From positions 883 to 64,882 of the forward strand of contig JASJCF010000011.1 in the NCBI GenBank assembly GCA_030066265.1: DNA of 64,000 bases, read 5' to 3'. A model generated the notes under the pieces. That model searched no databases, was not told the origin of the DNA, and saw only the letters and a program-made list of their open reading frames with translations. Below, one piece after another: positions 1 through 8,716 of the stretch (position 1 is its first letter; every line of letters begins with the position of its first letter). This DNA comes from Acidimicrobiia bacterium. Its GTDB lineage: Bacteria > Actinomycetota > Acidimicrobiia > Spongiisociales > UBA5794. The position numbers were made by a program, and so were the translations under genes.

Positions 1-348
1 GTGACCGCCGATATCGACGCCGAGTATGTCGGGGCACCGAACGTCGAGACAGCGATGGAGAAGGGCTTCCCCGGTGACGACTCCCTCGTCGCGCGCTACC
101 TCATCGACAAGCGCGAGGAGATCTGCTCCCCCATCGCCGACGCGATCACCGGGCTCGGCGGAACCGCAGAGAAGCACGTCGTCGAGGGCGACGACATCGA
201 CGAGGACATCCTGGACATGGCGAAGAGCCTCGGGGCGGACGTCCTGGTCGTCGGATCGCACGGCCGGCATGCCTTCCAGGGCCTGCTCGGCTCGACCGGT
301 GCCAAGGTGGTGCGCCGATCACCGATCCCCGTCCTCGTGATCCGCTGA
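1..348 (+). CDS. Universal stress protein (UspA domain), C-terminal part; the 5' end lies outside the window
   Basis: The frame is open from base 1 to TGA at 346-348. The C-terminal Usp hallmark is present: 'DVLVVGSHGRHAFQGLLGSTGAKVVRRSPIPVLVI' (G-x2-G-x9-G[ST] ATP-binding loop). The N-terminal half of the domain is absent, so the gene is truncated by the window edge. Confidence 0.6.
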   Translation: MTADIDAEYVGAPNVETAMEKGFPGDDSLVARYLIDKREEICSPIADAITGLGGTAEKHVVEGDDIDEDILDMAKSLGADVLVVGSHGRHAFQGLLGSTGAKVVRRSPIPVLVIR

Positions 349-424
349 CACCTCACTGCGCAGGGACCCCGCCCACACCCCACACACACGTTCACCGGGC
401 TCCCATCGATGGGCCGAGGTCACC

Positions 425-495
425 GGGCCGCTGTCTCCCAGGGCCGCTGTCTCCCAGGGCCGCTGTCTCCCAGGGCCGCTGTCTCCATCGGCCGC
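425..495. repeat. Tandem direct repeat of a 16-bp unit 'gggccgctgtctccca', about 4.4 copies, flanked by 'caccgggcc' on both sides; lies in the convergent gap between the Usp gene and the HNH gene
   Basis: Read directly: four head-to-tail copies from 425, with the last copy truncated (gggccgctgtctcc). The period is not a multiple of 3, which explains the repeating AAVSQ/GRCLP/GPLSP pattern in the spurious ORF 409..792. Confidence 0.85.
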
Positions 496-513
496 GGCCT
501 CACCGGGCCTGCG

Positions 514-1029
514 TCACAGGAAGGGCGTCCACGTCGCATGCGGCGACCCCCCTGCCGCAACGTGCACCCAGTCGAACCGACCGGGCTCGCCTGGCTTGCG
601 CATCAGGGTGAGCCCTGCCTGGGCAGGAGTCCGACCGCCCTTGCGGGTGTTGCACCGCCGACACGCCGCCACCACGTTCTCCCATCGGTGCTGGCCGCCC
701 TGGACCTTGGGGATGACGTGGTCGATGTTCTCGGCAGAGCGCCCGCAGTACTGACACCGGTGCTCATCTCGCATGAACACCGCGCGCCGTGACAACGGCA
801 CGGCACGCCGGTACGGAACCGGCACGTAGCGACGGAGGCGAATGACCGCGGGGACCTCGAACGACGCAGAGCCCGCGCGCCATGTCTCTCCCATCGGCGC
901 CACCGTGTCTGCAGTGCCCCGCATCACGAGCACGACGCCTCGACGAGCCGCGACCACCGACAGCGGCTCGTTACTGGCATTGAGCACGAGCGTTCTCGCC
1001 ACCGCGAGGAGAGTAGCAACGCAGCCCAT
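514..1029 (-). CDS. HNH endonuclease family protein
   Basis: 171 aa. HNH/zinc-finger core 'HRCQYCGRSAENIDHVIPKVQGGQHRWENVVAACRRCNTRKG' (two Cys pairs plus catalytic His/Asn spacing). Typical actinobacterial stand-alone HNH protein of about 170 aa. Confidence 0.75.
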   Translation of the reverse strand: MGCVATLLAVARTLVLNASNEPLSVVAARRGVVLVMRGTADTVAPMGETWRAGSASFEVPAVIRLRRYVPVPYRRAVPLSRRAVFMRDEHRCQYCGRSAENIDHVIPKVQGGQHRWENVVAACRRCNTRKGGRTPAQAGLTLMRKPGEPGRFDWVHVAAGGSPHATWTPFL

Positions 1030-1111
1030 ACGGCCCGTCGCGTCGCTGCGGGATCACCGGGACAGTGCTCTGAGTGGTTGTACATATGCCGAGCGTTGCG
1101 TCAGTCGTTGA

Positions 1112-1672
1112 ATGGGAATCACAACAATGGGATACTGCTCCCACATGAGAGTCGTTGGATACGTACGCGAGCTGCCTGGACACCAACAGGCCGACACGGC
1201 GTTTGCGCAATCAGAGCGCATCCGACGATGGGTGCGCGACACCGGCAACGAGCTGATCGCCACCTGTGAGGATCGATTCGCCTCAGCTCCGAACGAGCGC
1301 CCCGGCTACCGCGCCATGATCGAGATCGTGCGCACCGGGACGGTCGATGCGGTCGTCGTCGCCTCCCTGCAGGCGCTCGGGAGCGACAAAGTGCTCCAGG
1401 AGATCATCTTCGGTGACATCCGCTCGGCCGGACCTGCCGTCATCTCGACGGACGTCACGGATCACGAGATCTTGCTCGAGCAGGGAGACGATCCGGTGCG
1501 GATGGTGGTGCGGGACGTCGTTGCCCGCGTCCTCGAGTACGAAGCGGCATATGGCCTGAGCTCGGCTCCCACGGAGACGACCGAGCAGGTGATCTCCCTC
1601 ACCCAAGAGGAGCATGGAGACCCCGGCGACGCAGCCGACGTGGTCGTCGAGCTGATCGCCCCGACTGGCTGA
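1112..1672 (+). CDS. Resolvase-like protein (serine-recombinase catalytic-domain fold) lacking the catalytic serine and lacking a C-terminal HTH
   Basis: 'MRVVGYVRELPGHQQ...RPGYRAMIEIVRTGTVDAVVVASLQALGSD' aligns with the resolvase N-terminal domain (consensus VGYARVSTxxQ ... RPgl ... lvv ... ldRl.R). The nucleophile position reads E-L instead of V-S, and there is no recognisable DNA-binding HTH at the C-terminus. The start could be ATG 1112, 1127 or 1148. Local GC is visibly lower in 1040-1150. Confidence 0.5.
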   Translation: MGITTMGYCSHMRVVGYVRELPGHQQADTAFAQSERIRRWVRDTGNELIATCEDRFASAPNERPGYRAMIEIVRTGTVDAVVVASLQALGSDKVLQEIIFGDIRSAGPAVISTDVTDHEILLEQGDDPVRMVVRDVVARVLEYEAAYGLSSAPTETTEQVISLTQEEHGDPGDAADVVVELIAPTG

Positions 1673-1706
1673 ATGCGAGCGGTCGTAGCGTGGGCTCGCC
1701 GGACAG

Positions 1707-2609
1707 CTACACGTTGAGCGCAGCCCAGGCCGCTCTGCCGATGGCGAAGGGGCGGCCGGCCACGACCACCGACGATCCTGCCGTGATGTGCCCGTCGGAA
1801 TCGAGCACGAGCATGACGATGTCGACGCCCTCGATGCGACGCTCCTCCAGATCCACGATGACAGGGTCGGGTGACTCCGGCAACGCAAGCCGGGACACTG
1901 CGGTCACGATCGCGGCATCCAGCCCGCCTTCGGAGCTCGATGCGACCTGACGCACCGTTTCCCCGTCGGATGCCGTGACCGTCACCAGGATCCCATCTCG
2001 ACCCTCCTCGACACTCACGCTCTCGATGCGAGCGAAACCGCCATCGTCCTCGGCAGGCGCAGGCAGCGGGGCCACCACCGCCACCGGCCGAGCGGCCTCT
2101 GGTGCGGGTGACACCGCTTCGGCGTCGGCATCGGTCGACTCCTCATCGGCCCCGCGTTCGATGGGGGCCTCGGCTTCGATGGGGGCCTCGGCGATCGGGA
2201 TCGAACCGTCGGAGCCGGCCGCTTCCTCATCCAGAGATTCTGCGGCCGGCTCCGGCGCCTCTTCGGTGAGGTCGATCACGCTGTCGTCCGCCTCCTCGAG
2301 CACGGAGACCGGGGAGGACGGTTCCGTCTCGACGTCGGCGGGGACATCGGTATCGGCCGAGAGATCGCTTGCGAGGTCCGCCGCAGCGGGCTCATCCGCT
2401 GGTGGGCTCTCGCCGGGAAGACGGGTGTCGGTGCCGAGTCCGTGCTCGGTCAGAACGCGGCGGATGGCAGTGCCGACAGCGCGCTGATCGGCGCCGGCGG
2501 CGATCCTGATCCGCAGGCCAGCGGGCTGATCGCCGCTGCCCTCGACCTCTGCGCCCTCCACCCCTGGTATGCGCAGGAGATCCTCTTGCAATGAACGCGG
2601 AACCACCAC
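1707..2609 (-). CDS. Acidic (Asp/Glu/Ala/Pro-rich) hypothetical protein with an internal duplicated hexapeptide
   Basis: 300 aa. Long low-complexity acidic centre 'EEADDSVIDLTEEAPEPAAESLDEEAAGSDGS' and a structured C-terminus 'GILVTVTASDGETVRQVASSSEGGLDAAIVTAVSRL...IVMLVLDSDGHITAGSSVVVAGRPF'. An in-frame 18-bp tandem duplication 'ttcgatgggggcctcggc' x2 lies at about 2161-2196. No family could be assigned confidently. Confidence 0.5.
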   Translation of the reverse strand: MVVPRSLQEDLLRIPGVEGAEVEGSGDQPAGLRIRIAAGADQRAVGTAIRRVLTEHGLGTDTRLPGESPPADEPAAADLASDLSADTDVPADVETEPSSPVSVLEEADDSVIDLTEEAPEPAAESLDEEAAGSDGSIPIAEAPIEAEAPIERGADEESTDADAEAVSPAPEAARPVAVVAPLPAPAEDDGGFARIESVSVEEGRDGILVTVTASDGETVRQVASSSEGGLDAAIVTAVSRLALPESPDPVIVDLEERRIEGVDIVMLVLDSDGHITAGSSVVVAGRPFAIGRAAWAALNV

Positions 2610-2618
2610 ATCCTCCCC

Positions 2619-3008
2619 TCAGGCCGAGGTTGTGCCCTTGGCCTGTCTCCTCCAGCGAAGATACGAGACGAGGTCGTCGTCAGCAAGGGTCATATCCGCC
2701 CGTCCGTAGGCAGTAGTCACCCTCCACTCGATGAGCGATGGGTCCGGAGACGGCAGGAATGGCCACCGTCGCCACCAGCCGCGCCTGGCAAAGGCGAAGA
2801 GTGCCCCGATGGCCGAGGGCCACAGCCACGGCCGAACCACGACCGAGCGGATGGACGACATCGAGAACACGCGAGCATCGTACCGCCGGCCGTCGACGAC
2901 GGGGTCTTGGGACCGGTGCACGACGACCCTGGGCCGGCGACGCGTCGCCGGCCGTGGAGGTGCATCCGACTGCGGTGGGTCCCGCTGGCTCACCGGTGCC
3001 GAAAACAT
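2619..3008 (-). CDS. Possible small hypothetical protein with one hydrophobic segment (low confidence)
   Basis: It fills an otherwise 450-bp gap. It ends 10 bp upstream of the acidic-protein start on the same strand. It has a hydrophobic stretch 'WLWPSAIGALFAFA'. Third-position GC is only moderate and rare AGG/AGA codons are present, so this may be non-coding. Confidence 0.25.
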   Translation of the reverse strand: MFSAPVSQRDPPQSDAPPRPATRRRPRVVVHRSQDPVVDGRRYDARVFSMSSIRSVVVRPWLWPSAIGALFAFARRGWWRRWPFLPSPDPSLIEWRVTTAYGRADMTLADDDLVSYLRWRRQAKGTTSA

Positions 3009-3057
3009 CCCGAAGGGTTAGGGTTCGCACGCTGCGAAGGACATCAGAGGAGGCGGC

Positions 3058-4029
3058 GTGTCCGCAACGCAGGATGACCTCACTTGGTTCGGTGATCGAT
3101 ACGCATCGATCACCGACAACATGGAGCGAGTGATCCAGGGCAAGCGCCCCACGATCGAGCTCGTCGTCTCGAGCATGGTCGCCCAAGGCCACGTCTTGAT
3201 CGAGGACGTTCCCGGCGTGGGCAAGACGCTCCTTGCCAAGTCGCTCGCACGCTCGATCGACTGTTCGTTCCAGCGCATTCAGTTCACGCCAGACTTGCTC
3301 CCGTCGGACGTCACCGGCGTCTCGGTGTGGGACCGTGAGCAGAACACGTTTCGATTCCGCCCTGGGCCGGTGTTCGGGAACGTGGTCCTCGGCGACGAGA
3401 TCAACCGAGCGAGCCCGAAGACCCAAGCCTCGCTCCTCGAGGCCATGGAAGAGCGCCAGATCACCGTGGATGCCGAGACACACCCGCTTGCCGAGCCGTT
3501 CATCGTCATCGCCACGCAGAACCCGATCGAACACGAAGGCACCTATCCCCTCCCGGAGGCGCAGCTCGACCGGTTCATGATGCGCCTGACCATCGGGTAC
3601 CCCGACCGATCGAAGGAGCTCGAGATGCTCCAGACGCACGGGTCGTCGTCGACGATGGACGACCTGGGGCCCGTCGTCCACGCCCAGGACGTCGTCAGGA
3701 TGTCCGCCATTGCCCGTGCGATCCACGTCGCCGACGTGCTGCAGGGATATCTCATCGACCTCGCCGAAGCGACCCGTTCCCATCCCGATGTCCTGCTCGG
3801 CGCCTCCCCCCGGGCGACGCTCTTCCTCCAACGGGCCGCTCGGGCCATTGCAGCTGCCGATGCACGCGACTACGTGTCGCCCGATGACGTCAAAGGAATC
3901 CTCGACCCCGTCCTCAACCATCGCATCATCGTGCGGCCCGATGCCCAGATGCGGGGCCTGACGTCGTCGGACATCATCGATGAAGTCGCCGCAACCGTTC
4001 CCGTACCCGGGACACGGGTCACCGCCTGA
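3058..4029 (+). CDS. MoxR-family AAA+ ATPase
   Basis: Walker A 'PGVGKTLLAKSLA'. 'DLLPSDVTG' and 'VLGDEINRASPKTQASLLEAMEERQITVD...FIVIATQNPIEHEGTYPLPEAQLDRF' match the MoxR/RavA signature. GTG start is preceded by GGAGG. Confidence 0.9.
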   Translation: MSATQDDLTWFGDRYASITDNMERVIQGKRPTIELVVSSMVAQGHVLIEDVPGVGKTLLAKSLARSIDCSFQRIQFTPDLLPSDVTGVSVWDREQNTFRFRPGPVFGNVVLGDEINRASPKTQASLLEAMEERQITVDAETHPLAEPFIVIATQNPIEHEGTYPLPEAQLDRFMMRLTIGYPDRSKELEMLQTHGSSSTMDDLGPVVHAQDVVRMSAIARAIHVADVLQGYLIDLAEATRSHPDVLLGASPRATLFLQRAARAIAAADARDYVSPDDVKGILDPVLNHRIIVRPDAQMRGLTSSDIIDEVAATVPVPGTRVTA

Positions 4030-5213
4030 TGCCGACCACCCGAGGATGGGCGGCCCTCGGTGCGTCGCTCGCTCTCGCGATCTTGTGGCTCGCATTCGGA
4101 GAGGATCTCCTGCTCGCCCTTGCCGTCTTCCTCCTGGCAGGCATCGTCGGCGGTTCGATCTACGTGCGGCTTGCGGCACCCAGGCTCTCACTCGCCCGAT
4201 CCATCAACCCCGAGCAGCTCCACGATGGCGAGCGCGCTCTGGTCGATCTCGCGCTCCGCTCCCAGCGACGGGTCTATCGAGTCTCGGTCGAGGACCGCGT
4301 TCACGGCCTCGGTGCGGCACGGTTCGTCGCCGATCGGATCAGCCCCACGGAGGCGCTGGCGGGCCGGTACGAGGTCCTGTGCCGTCCCAGGGGCGTCTAC
4401 AGAGTCGGCCCCGCCCGCGTGTCGCTCGGAGATCCGCTCGGATTCGTCGAATCGACGACCCAGTTCGGCCAAGCGAGCCGTCTGGTCGTGTACCCACGAG
4501 TCGAGGGGCTCGAAGGCGTGCCCACGGGTCGCGGCCAGGATCAGACCATCAACACCTCGCGCGCTGCGTTCTGGCATTCCGGCGGCGAGGACTTCTTCAC
4601 CCTGCGCGAGTACCACCAGGGTGACGATCTGCGCAAGGTCCATTGGCCTTCGTCCGCACGGCGCGACGAGCTCATGATCAAGCAGCTCGAGATGCCATGG
4701 CAGTCCCGGGCATTCATCGTGTTGGATCCGAGGGTGGAGCCGCATGCCTCCGCCGAGAGCTTCGAACAGGCCGTTCGCGGCGCCGCCTCGACGCTACGTC
4801 ATCTCTACCGGTCCGGCTACACCCCCACGGTCTGGGCGGGCCACGGCGACGGGACCGTCGTGTCGAATGCCGAGGCATATCGCAAGGCGATGGAGGAACT
4901 GGCAACGATCAGCCCTGCCCGCTCGATCGACCTTCGCAGCCTCATCGGGAGATTGCGGAGATCGGGGATGGCCGGCGGTGTGCTCGTGATGGTCACGGGA
5001 CAGCCCGACGACGCCGATCTCGCCTCGTTCCAACTCCTGAGTCAGGACTTCTACCGAACGGTCGTGCTCTCGGTGACGAACGGTGATGACGAGGCGATCG
5101 TCGGATTTGCCAGACTCGGCGCCCTCGTCGTGAGGACGACACCCACGGGCTCATGGGCCGAGTCGTGGCGCAACGCAATGGAGCACGGATGGTCTACCGC
5201 TTCAGCTGGATAG
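4029..5213 (+). CDS. DUF58 domain protein (VWA-like partner of MoxR)
   Basis: 'EYHQGDDLRKVHWPSSARRDELMIKQLE' is the DUF58 signature. The start ATG overlaps the MoxR stop (TGATG). N-terminal TM segments are present. Confidence 0.85.
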   Translation: MPTTRGWAALGASLALAILWLAFGEDLLLALAVFLLAGIVGGSIYVRLAAPRLSLARSINPEQLHDGERALVDLALRSQRRVYRVSVEDRVHGLGAARFVADRISPTEALAGRYEVLCRPRGVYRVGPARVSLGDPLGFVESTTQFGQASRLVVYPRVEGLEGVPTGRGQDQTINTSRAAFWHSGGEDFFTLREYHQGDDLRKVHWPSSARRDELMIKQLEMPWQSRAFIVLDPRVEPHASAESFEQAVRGAASTLRHLYRSGYTPTVWAGHGDGTVVSNAEAYRKAMEELATISPARSIDLRSLIGRLRRSGMAGGVLVMVTGQPDDADLASFQLLSQDFYRTVVLSVTNGDDEAIVGFARLGALVVRTTPTGSWAESWRNAMEHGWSTASAG

Positions 5214-7603
5214 CAGGCGTCGCAGCGATCGCTCTCGCCTTCTGGGAGCTGACCGGGCTGCTGCGCGACTCGAACGATGGGCTGCCGTGGCCGGTTGCGA
5301 TCCTCGTGGCGACGCTGCTGGGAGCCGGGATCACCTGGACCGCAATCGCCTACCGCGCACCTGCGGTCGTGACCGTGCTCGTCAACGTCGTTGCGTACGT
5401 GATCACGGTCGGGTTCCTGGTCGCACCCGACACCCTCATCGTGTTCATACCCACCGTCGAGACCTGGGACGCGCTGTGGTTCGAGGTGGGCCGAGCTCTC
5501 GAGATCATCCGGTACGGCGTCGAACCCGTGCGTCCGGTGCCGGGGTTGGTCCTGCTCTTGTCGTCCTTGTTCTGGACCCTCGGGTTCCTGCTCGTCGCAG
5601 GCCTCCTCAATGGGAGGCCGTTCGTCGCCATCCTGACGCCGCTCATCGTCGCTCTCCAGTTCGTGATCATCGACCGGCGACCGAAGGGCCTCTTGCACCT
5701 CGCCATGTTCGTGGGCGTGGTTGCGTTCGGCCTGCTCGCGATCCGCATCGACGAGCGCGACAGCGGCGCCGGGCGGTTGCGGCGCGTCGGGGCGACGACG
5801 AGGCCCACCCGACGTCCTTCCGTTGCGGTCAGCGCCCTCGTCGTGGCCACCGTGGTGTCATCGCTGCTGGTCGTGGGTCTCGCAGGCGAGCGGGTGCCCA
5901 ACGACGGGCTCATCCCCTGGAGGGCGCCGGCGGGCTTCACGGACGACTACTCCGGATCGATCGCCTACAACCCCTACACCGACATCCGAGCCGGGCTCAA
6001 CCGCCAGACGCTCACGCCGGTTTTCCGGGCGCGGATCGAAGGCGTCGATCCCGACACGGTGCGATTCCGCACGGTCACGCTCGACGCCTATCGCAACGGC
6101 CGATGGGGAACCGATCGGGTGCAGGCGTTCCCCCTCGAGGACGAGCCGTGGATCGACCCCGTGCAGGCCTATCGCGGAGAGACCGATCGCGTCGCCACCG
6201 TGATCGCGATCGACAAGCTCAAGCAGCCGTGGCTGCCCGCGCCTGACACCCCCATCGCCGCCGCCGCTGAGCGCACAGACGACACGAACGCCATGCGCGT
6301 GCGCCGGGTCGACGGGTCGCTCATCATGCCCGGCGACTTGACGTACGAGGGCATGCGGTACGAAGTGCTCTCCGACGTGCCTCGCTTCGACGGGCCGACC
6401 GTCGCCGCGCTCGCCCTGGCCGAGGACGGCACGCTGAGCCCGTTGTTCGTCGCCGCCGAGGACGGAGGTGAAGTCCTGCCGGACTTCGCCAGTGCGCCCG
6501 AGGTCCTCGAGCTCCCGGACGAGGACTACTGGCTCGAGCTCCCGGAGGATGAGATCGGGGCCCAATTCGTGGCGATCTCCGAAGCACAGGTGGTCGGCCT
6601 CGAGACGAACTTCGAGAAGGCGCTCGCCCTCGAGAACTACTTCCGAGACTCCGGCGAGTTCACCTACGACTCGGCGGTGCCGGGCGAGTACACCACGGGC
6701 GACGTGACCGAGTGGCTCTCCGACGAGGAGAACCCGTACGTCCGCCACGGCTACTGCGAGCAGTTCGCCACCGCCATGGCGCTCATGGCGCGGGCAGTGG
6801 GTGTTCCCAGCCGCGTCGTGCTCGGCTTCACCCCTGGCGAGCCCATCAACGACGACACCGTGCAGGTGTACGACAAGAACGCCCACAGCTGGGTCGAACT
6901 GTGGATCCCCGCTTACGGCTGGATGGCCTTCGACCCCACGCCGAGGGCGAACTACTCGGCGCAAACGGCGAACGACGTCCTCGAGGAGAGCCTGGGCTTC
7001 TCGGCTGCGGCCTACATCGAGGAGATCCCGGCTCCGTCACTCGTCGACCTCGGAACCGACGATGACTTCGGCCCCGACGCAGGGCGCTTCGAGGATCGGG
7101 AGGGGGTCACGAGCCCCATCGTCCCGGGAGCCGGCGGATCCGACGGCGATTCCTCTGGCTTCCAGCCCCCGTCCTGGTTTGTGCCCGTCCTGACGCTCGG
7201 TCTGCTCGCGCTCGTTGCCGCGCTCGCTGCCCCCATCACCCAGTGGTGGCGGAGGCGTCGATACGCCAAGCGGCTCGCCGGTGGCGATGTGGCTGCGGCA
7301 TGGGAGGACATCGTCGACCGGTTGCTCGACCTCAACGAAGCGGTCGATCCGGCGAGCACACCCCTCGAGGCCGCCCACGAGATCGATGATGCATTCATCC
7401 CCCTCGCCAGCACGTACAGCACGTCCCTCTACGGGAACGGTGATGGCGACCGGGCGCTCGCGTCCCGCGCTGCCACCGAGCACGATCGCGCAACGCGACA
7501 CCTGACGACGAGATACTCACGCAGCGAACGATTCGTGGCCACCTACCGCCCGTCGAAGCTGCGCCGACGGTGGCGATCGATCAGGAGCCGGCTCCGCCGC
7601 TGA
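5153..7603 (+). CDS. Transglutaminase-like membrane protein (DUF3488/TGase/DUF4129 architecture)
   Basis: Six or more N-terminal TM helices. Transglutaminase core 'GYCEQFATAMALMARAVGVPSRVVLGFTPG...NAHSWVELWIPAYGWMAFDPTP' (Cys-His-Asp triad context). This is the usual third gene of MoxR-DUF58-TGase triads. The start is uncertain (ATG 5153, GTG 5165 or ATG 5189) and overlaps the DUF58 3' end by 25-60 nt. Confidence 0.85.
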   Translation: MGRVVAQRNGARMVYRFSWIAGVAAIALAFWELTGLLRDSNDGLPWPVAILVATLLGAGITWTAIAYRAPAVVTVLVNVVAYVITVGFLVAPDTLIVFIPTVETWDALWFEVGRALEIIRYGVEPVRPVPGLVLLLSSLFWTLGFLLVAGLLNGRPFVAILTPLIVALQFVIIDRRPKGLLHLAMFVGVVAFGLLAIRIDERDSGAGRLRRVGATTRPTRRPSVAVSALVVATVVSSLLVVGLAGERVPNDGLIPWRAPAGFTDDYSGSIAYNPYTDIRAGLNRQTLTPVFRARIEGVDPDTVRFRTVTLDAYRNGRWGTDRVQAFPLEDEPWIDPVQAYRGETDRVATVIAIDKLKQPWLPAPDTPIAAAAERTDDTNAMRVRRVDGSLIMPGDLTYEGMRYEVLSDVPRFDGPTVAALALAEDGTLSPLFVAAEDGGEVLPDFASAPEVLELPDEDYWLELPEDEIGAQFVAISEAQVVGLETNFEKALALENYFRDSGEFTYDSAVPGEYTTGDVTEWLSDEENPYVRHGYCEQFATAMALMARAVGVPSRVVLGFTPGEPINDDTVQVYDKNAHSWVELWIPAYGWMAFDPTPRANYSAQTANDVLEESLGFSAAAYIEEIPAPSLVDLGTDDDFGPDAGRFEDREGVTSPIVPGAGGSDGDSSGFQPPSWFVPVLTLGLLALVAALAAPITQWWRRRRYAKRLAGGDVAAAWEDIVDRLLDLNEAVDPASTPLEAAHEIDDAFIPLASTYSTSLYGNGDGDRALASRAATEHDRATRHLTTRYSRSERFVATYRPSKLRRRWRSIRSRLRR

Positions 7604-7619
7604 GGGGCGCTCCGGCGGG

Positions 7620-8120
7620 TCAGCCGGTCTGGGCCTCTTCGGTCTCGATCCGAACGTCGTCCTCGACGCGTCGCAGCAGATCGCGGAAGCTCTCCCGGTC
7701 GAGCTCGAACTTCGTGACGTCATCCTCGACATCCTGGGCGATCTGGTCGATCTTCACGAAGAAGGCCAGCTGCCCCTGGCGGAGAGCATCGAGCAGTTCA
7801 TCGTCGTCGCGGGCCACGGCGAACACCGTCTGACCGTCGGTGACGAGCCTGACCTCGGCGAGATGCTCATCCATGTCGCCCGTGCGACGGAGGTAGTCCC
7901 AGGCCCTGCGGACCCGTTGGATCGATAGACCGTTGTCGAGCAGGCTCTTCACCACGCGCAACCCGACGAGATCGCGGAAGCTGTAGATACGCCGGCGGCC
8001 CGGACGGCCGTCCGTCGTCTGGATGCTCGGTTTGATCAGTCCCACCTTGTCCCAGTAGCGAAGTTGGTGCGGAGTACACGACGTCAACTGGCACGCCTGT
8101 GCGGCGGTGTAACCCTCCAA
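7620..8120 (-). CDS. MerR-family transcriptional regulator
   Basis: N-terminal HTH 'YTAAQACQLTSCTPHQLRYWDKVGLIKP...RRIYSFRDLVGLRVVKSLLDNGLSIQRVRRA' is the MerR signature. The C-terminal effector domain is not recognised. Confidence 0.75.
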   Translation of the reverse strand: MEGYTAAQACQLTSCTPHQLRYWDKVGLIKPSIQTTDGRPGRRRIYSFRDLVGLRVVKSLLDNGLSIQRVRRAWDYLRRTGDMDEHLAEVRLVTDGQTVFAVARDDDELLDALRQGQLAFFVKIDQIAQDVEDDVTKFELDRESFRDLLRRVEDDVRIETEEAQTG

Positions 8121-8223
8121 GACCGAATCTCCCTCTGCTCCCTGCAGGCGAAGTCGAGGTGCCTGCTGTCTTCCCGGTCTCGCCGCCCAGACCTACCGCT
8201 CGGAGGGGCGAGAGGAGGCCATG

Positions 8224-8556
8224 TTAGCCCTCCCGCCGCCAGCGTCGCTGAAGGCGTTCAATGAACTCTCCCGACCCGTCAGACGCCACCCGATTGGCAC
8301 GCGCCGTGAGCGCCAACCAGCCCGCGGAGGCGACCATCACGACGAATCCCATACCCGCGATCACCCACGACTGGGTGAACGATGCGAACATCACGACGGC
8401 TCCAACGATGAAGAGGACCCCGGCAAGCCGCATCTTCCAGCGGTTCCTACCGCTCCGTACGGCCTTGGCGACCATCTCGGCGAGTTTCGGATCGTCCTCA
8501 TACAGCTGACGCTCGATCTCGTCGAGGATCTTCTGCTCGTGCTCGTTCAGTGGCAT
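8224..8556 (-). CDS. DUF3040-like small membrane protein
   Basis: 'MPLNEHEQKILDEIERQLYEDDPKLAEM' followed by two TM helices matches DUF3040. I placed the start at the internal ATG (8556) that begins this conserved motif; the upstream 67 codons of the track ORF look non-coding. Confidence 0.6.
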   Translation of the reverse strand: MPLNEHEQKILDEIERQLYEDDPKLAEMVAKAVRSGRNRWKMRLAGVLFIVGAVVMFASFTQSWVIAGMGFVVMVASAGWLALTARANRVASDGSGEFIERLQRRWRREG

Positions 8557-8716
8557 CGTGTTCCCGCAGGTCTGCTTGCGGTCTGGTCCGCATCGGGAGC
8601 GGCTTCCGCCGACAGTATACCTCTCGACATCGGAGCGGCTACGCCGGTTCTTGAGCAACGTAGCACAGTCCCCAAAGGTTCCGACAAGCCATTGGGACTG
8701 GCATAGGGTTGACCCG

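Noticed and set aside
425-495. The 16-bp tandem repeat (and the GATC array at 22091..22202) considered as a CRISPR array
   Set aside because: The units are too short and directly abutting with no spacers. No cas genes are in the window. Both are simple tandem repeats.
409-792. 127-aa plus-strand ORF with repeating AAVSQGRCLPGPLSP
   Set aside because: This is translation of the 16-bp tandem repeat (period not divisible by 3). It also runs antisense through the HNH gene.
514-1672. Calling the HNH/resolvase-like segment a defined mobile element
   Set aside because: No terminal inverted or direct repeats, transposase or integrase with intact catalytic residues are visible. It is kept as a finding, not as a mobile_element feature.
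2680-4191. 503-aa minus-strand ORF covering the MoxR and DUF58 genes
   Set aside because: It is antisense to clearly motif-bearing genes and is Arg/Gly/Pro-rich, which is typical of stop-poor antisense frames in high-GC DNA. No domain is recognisable.
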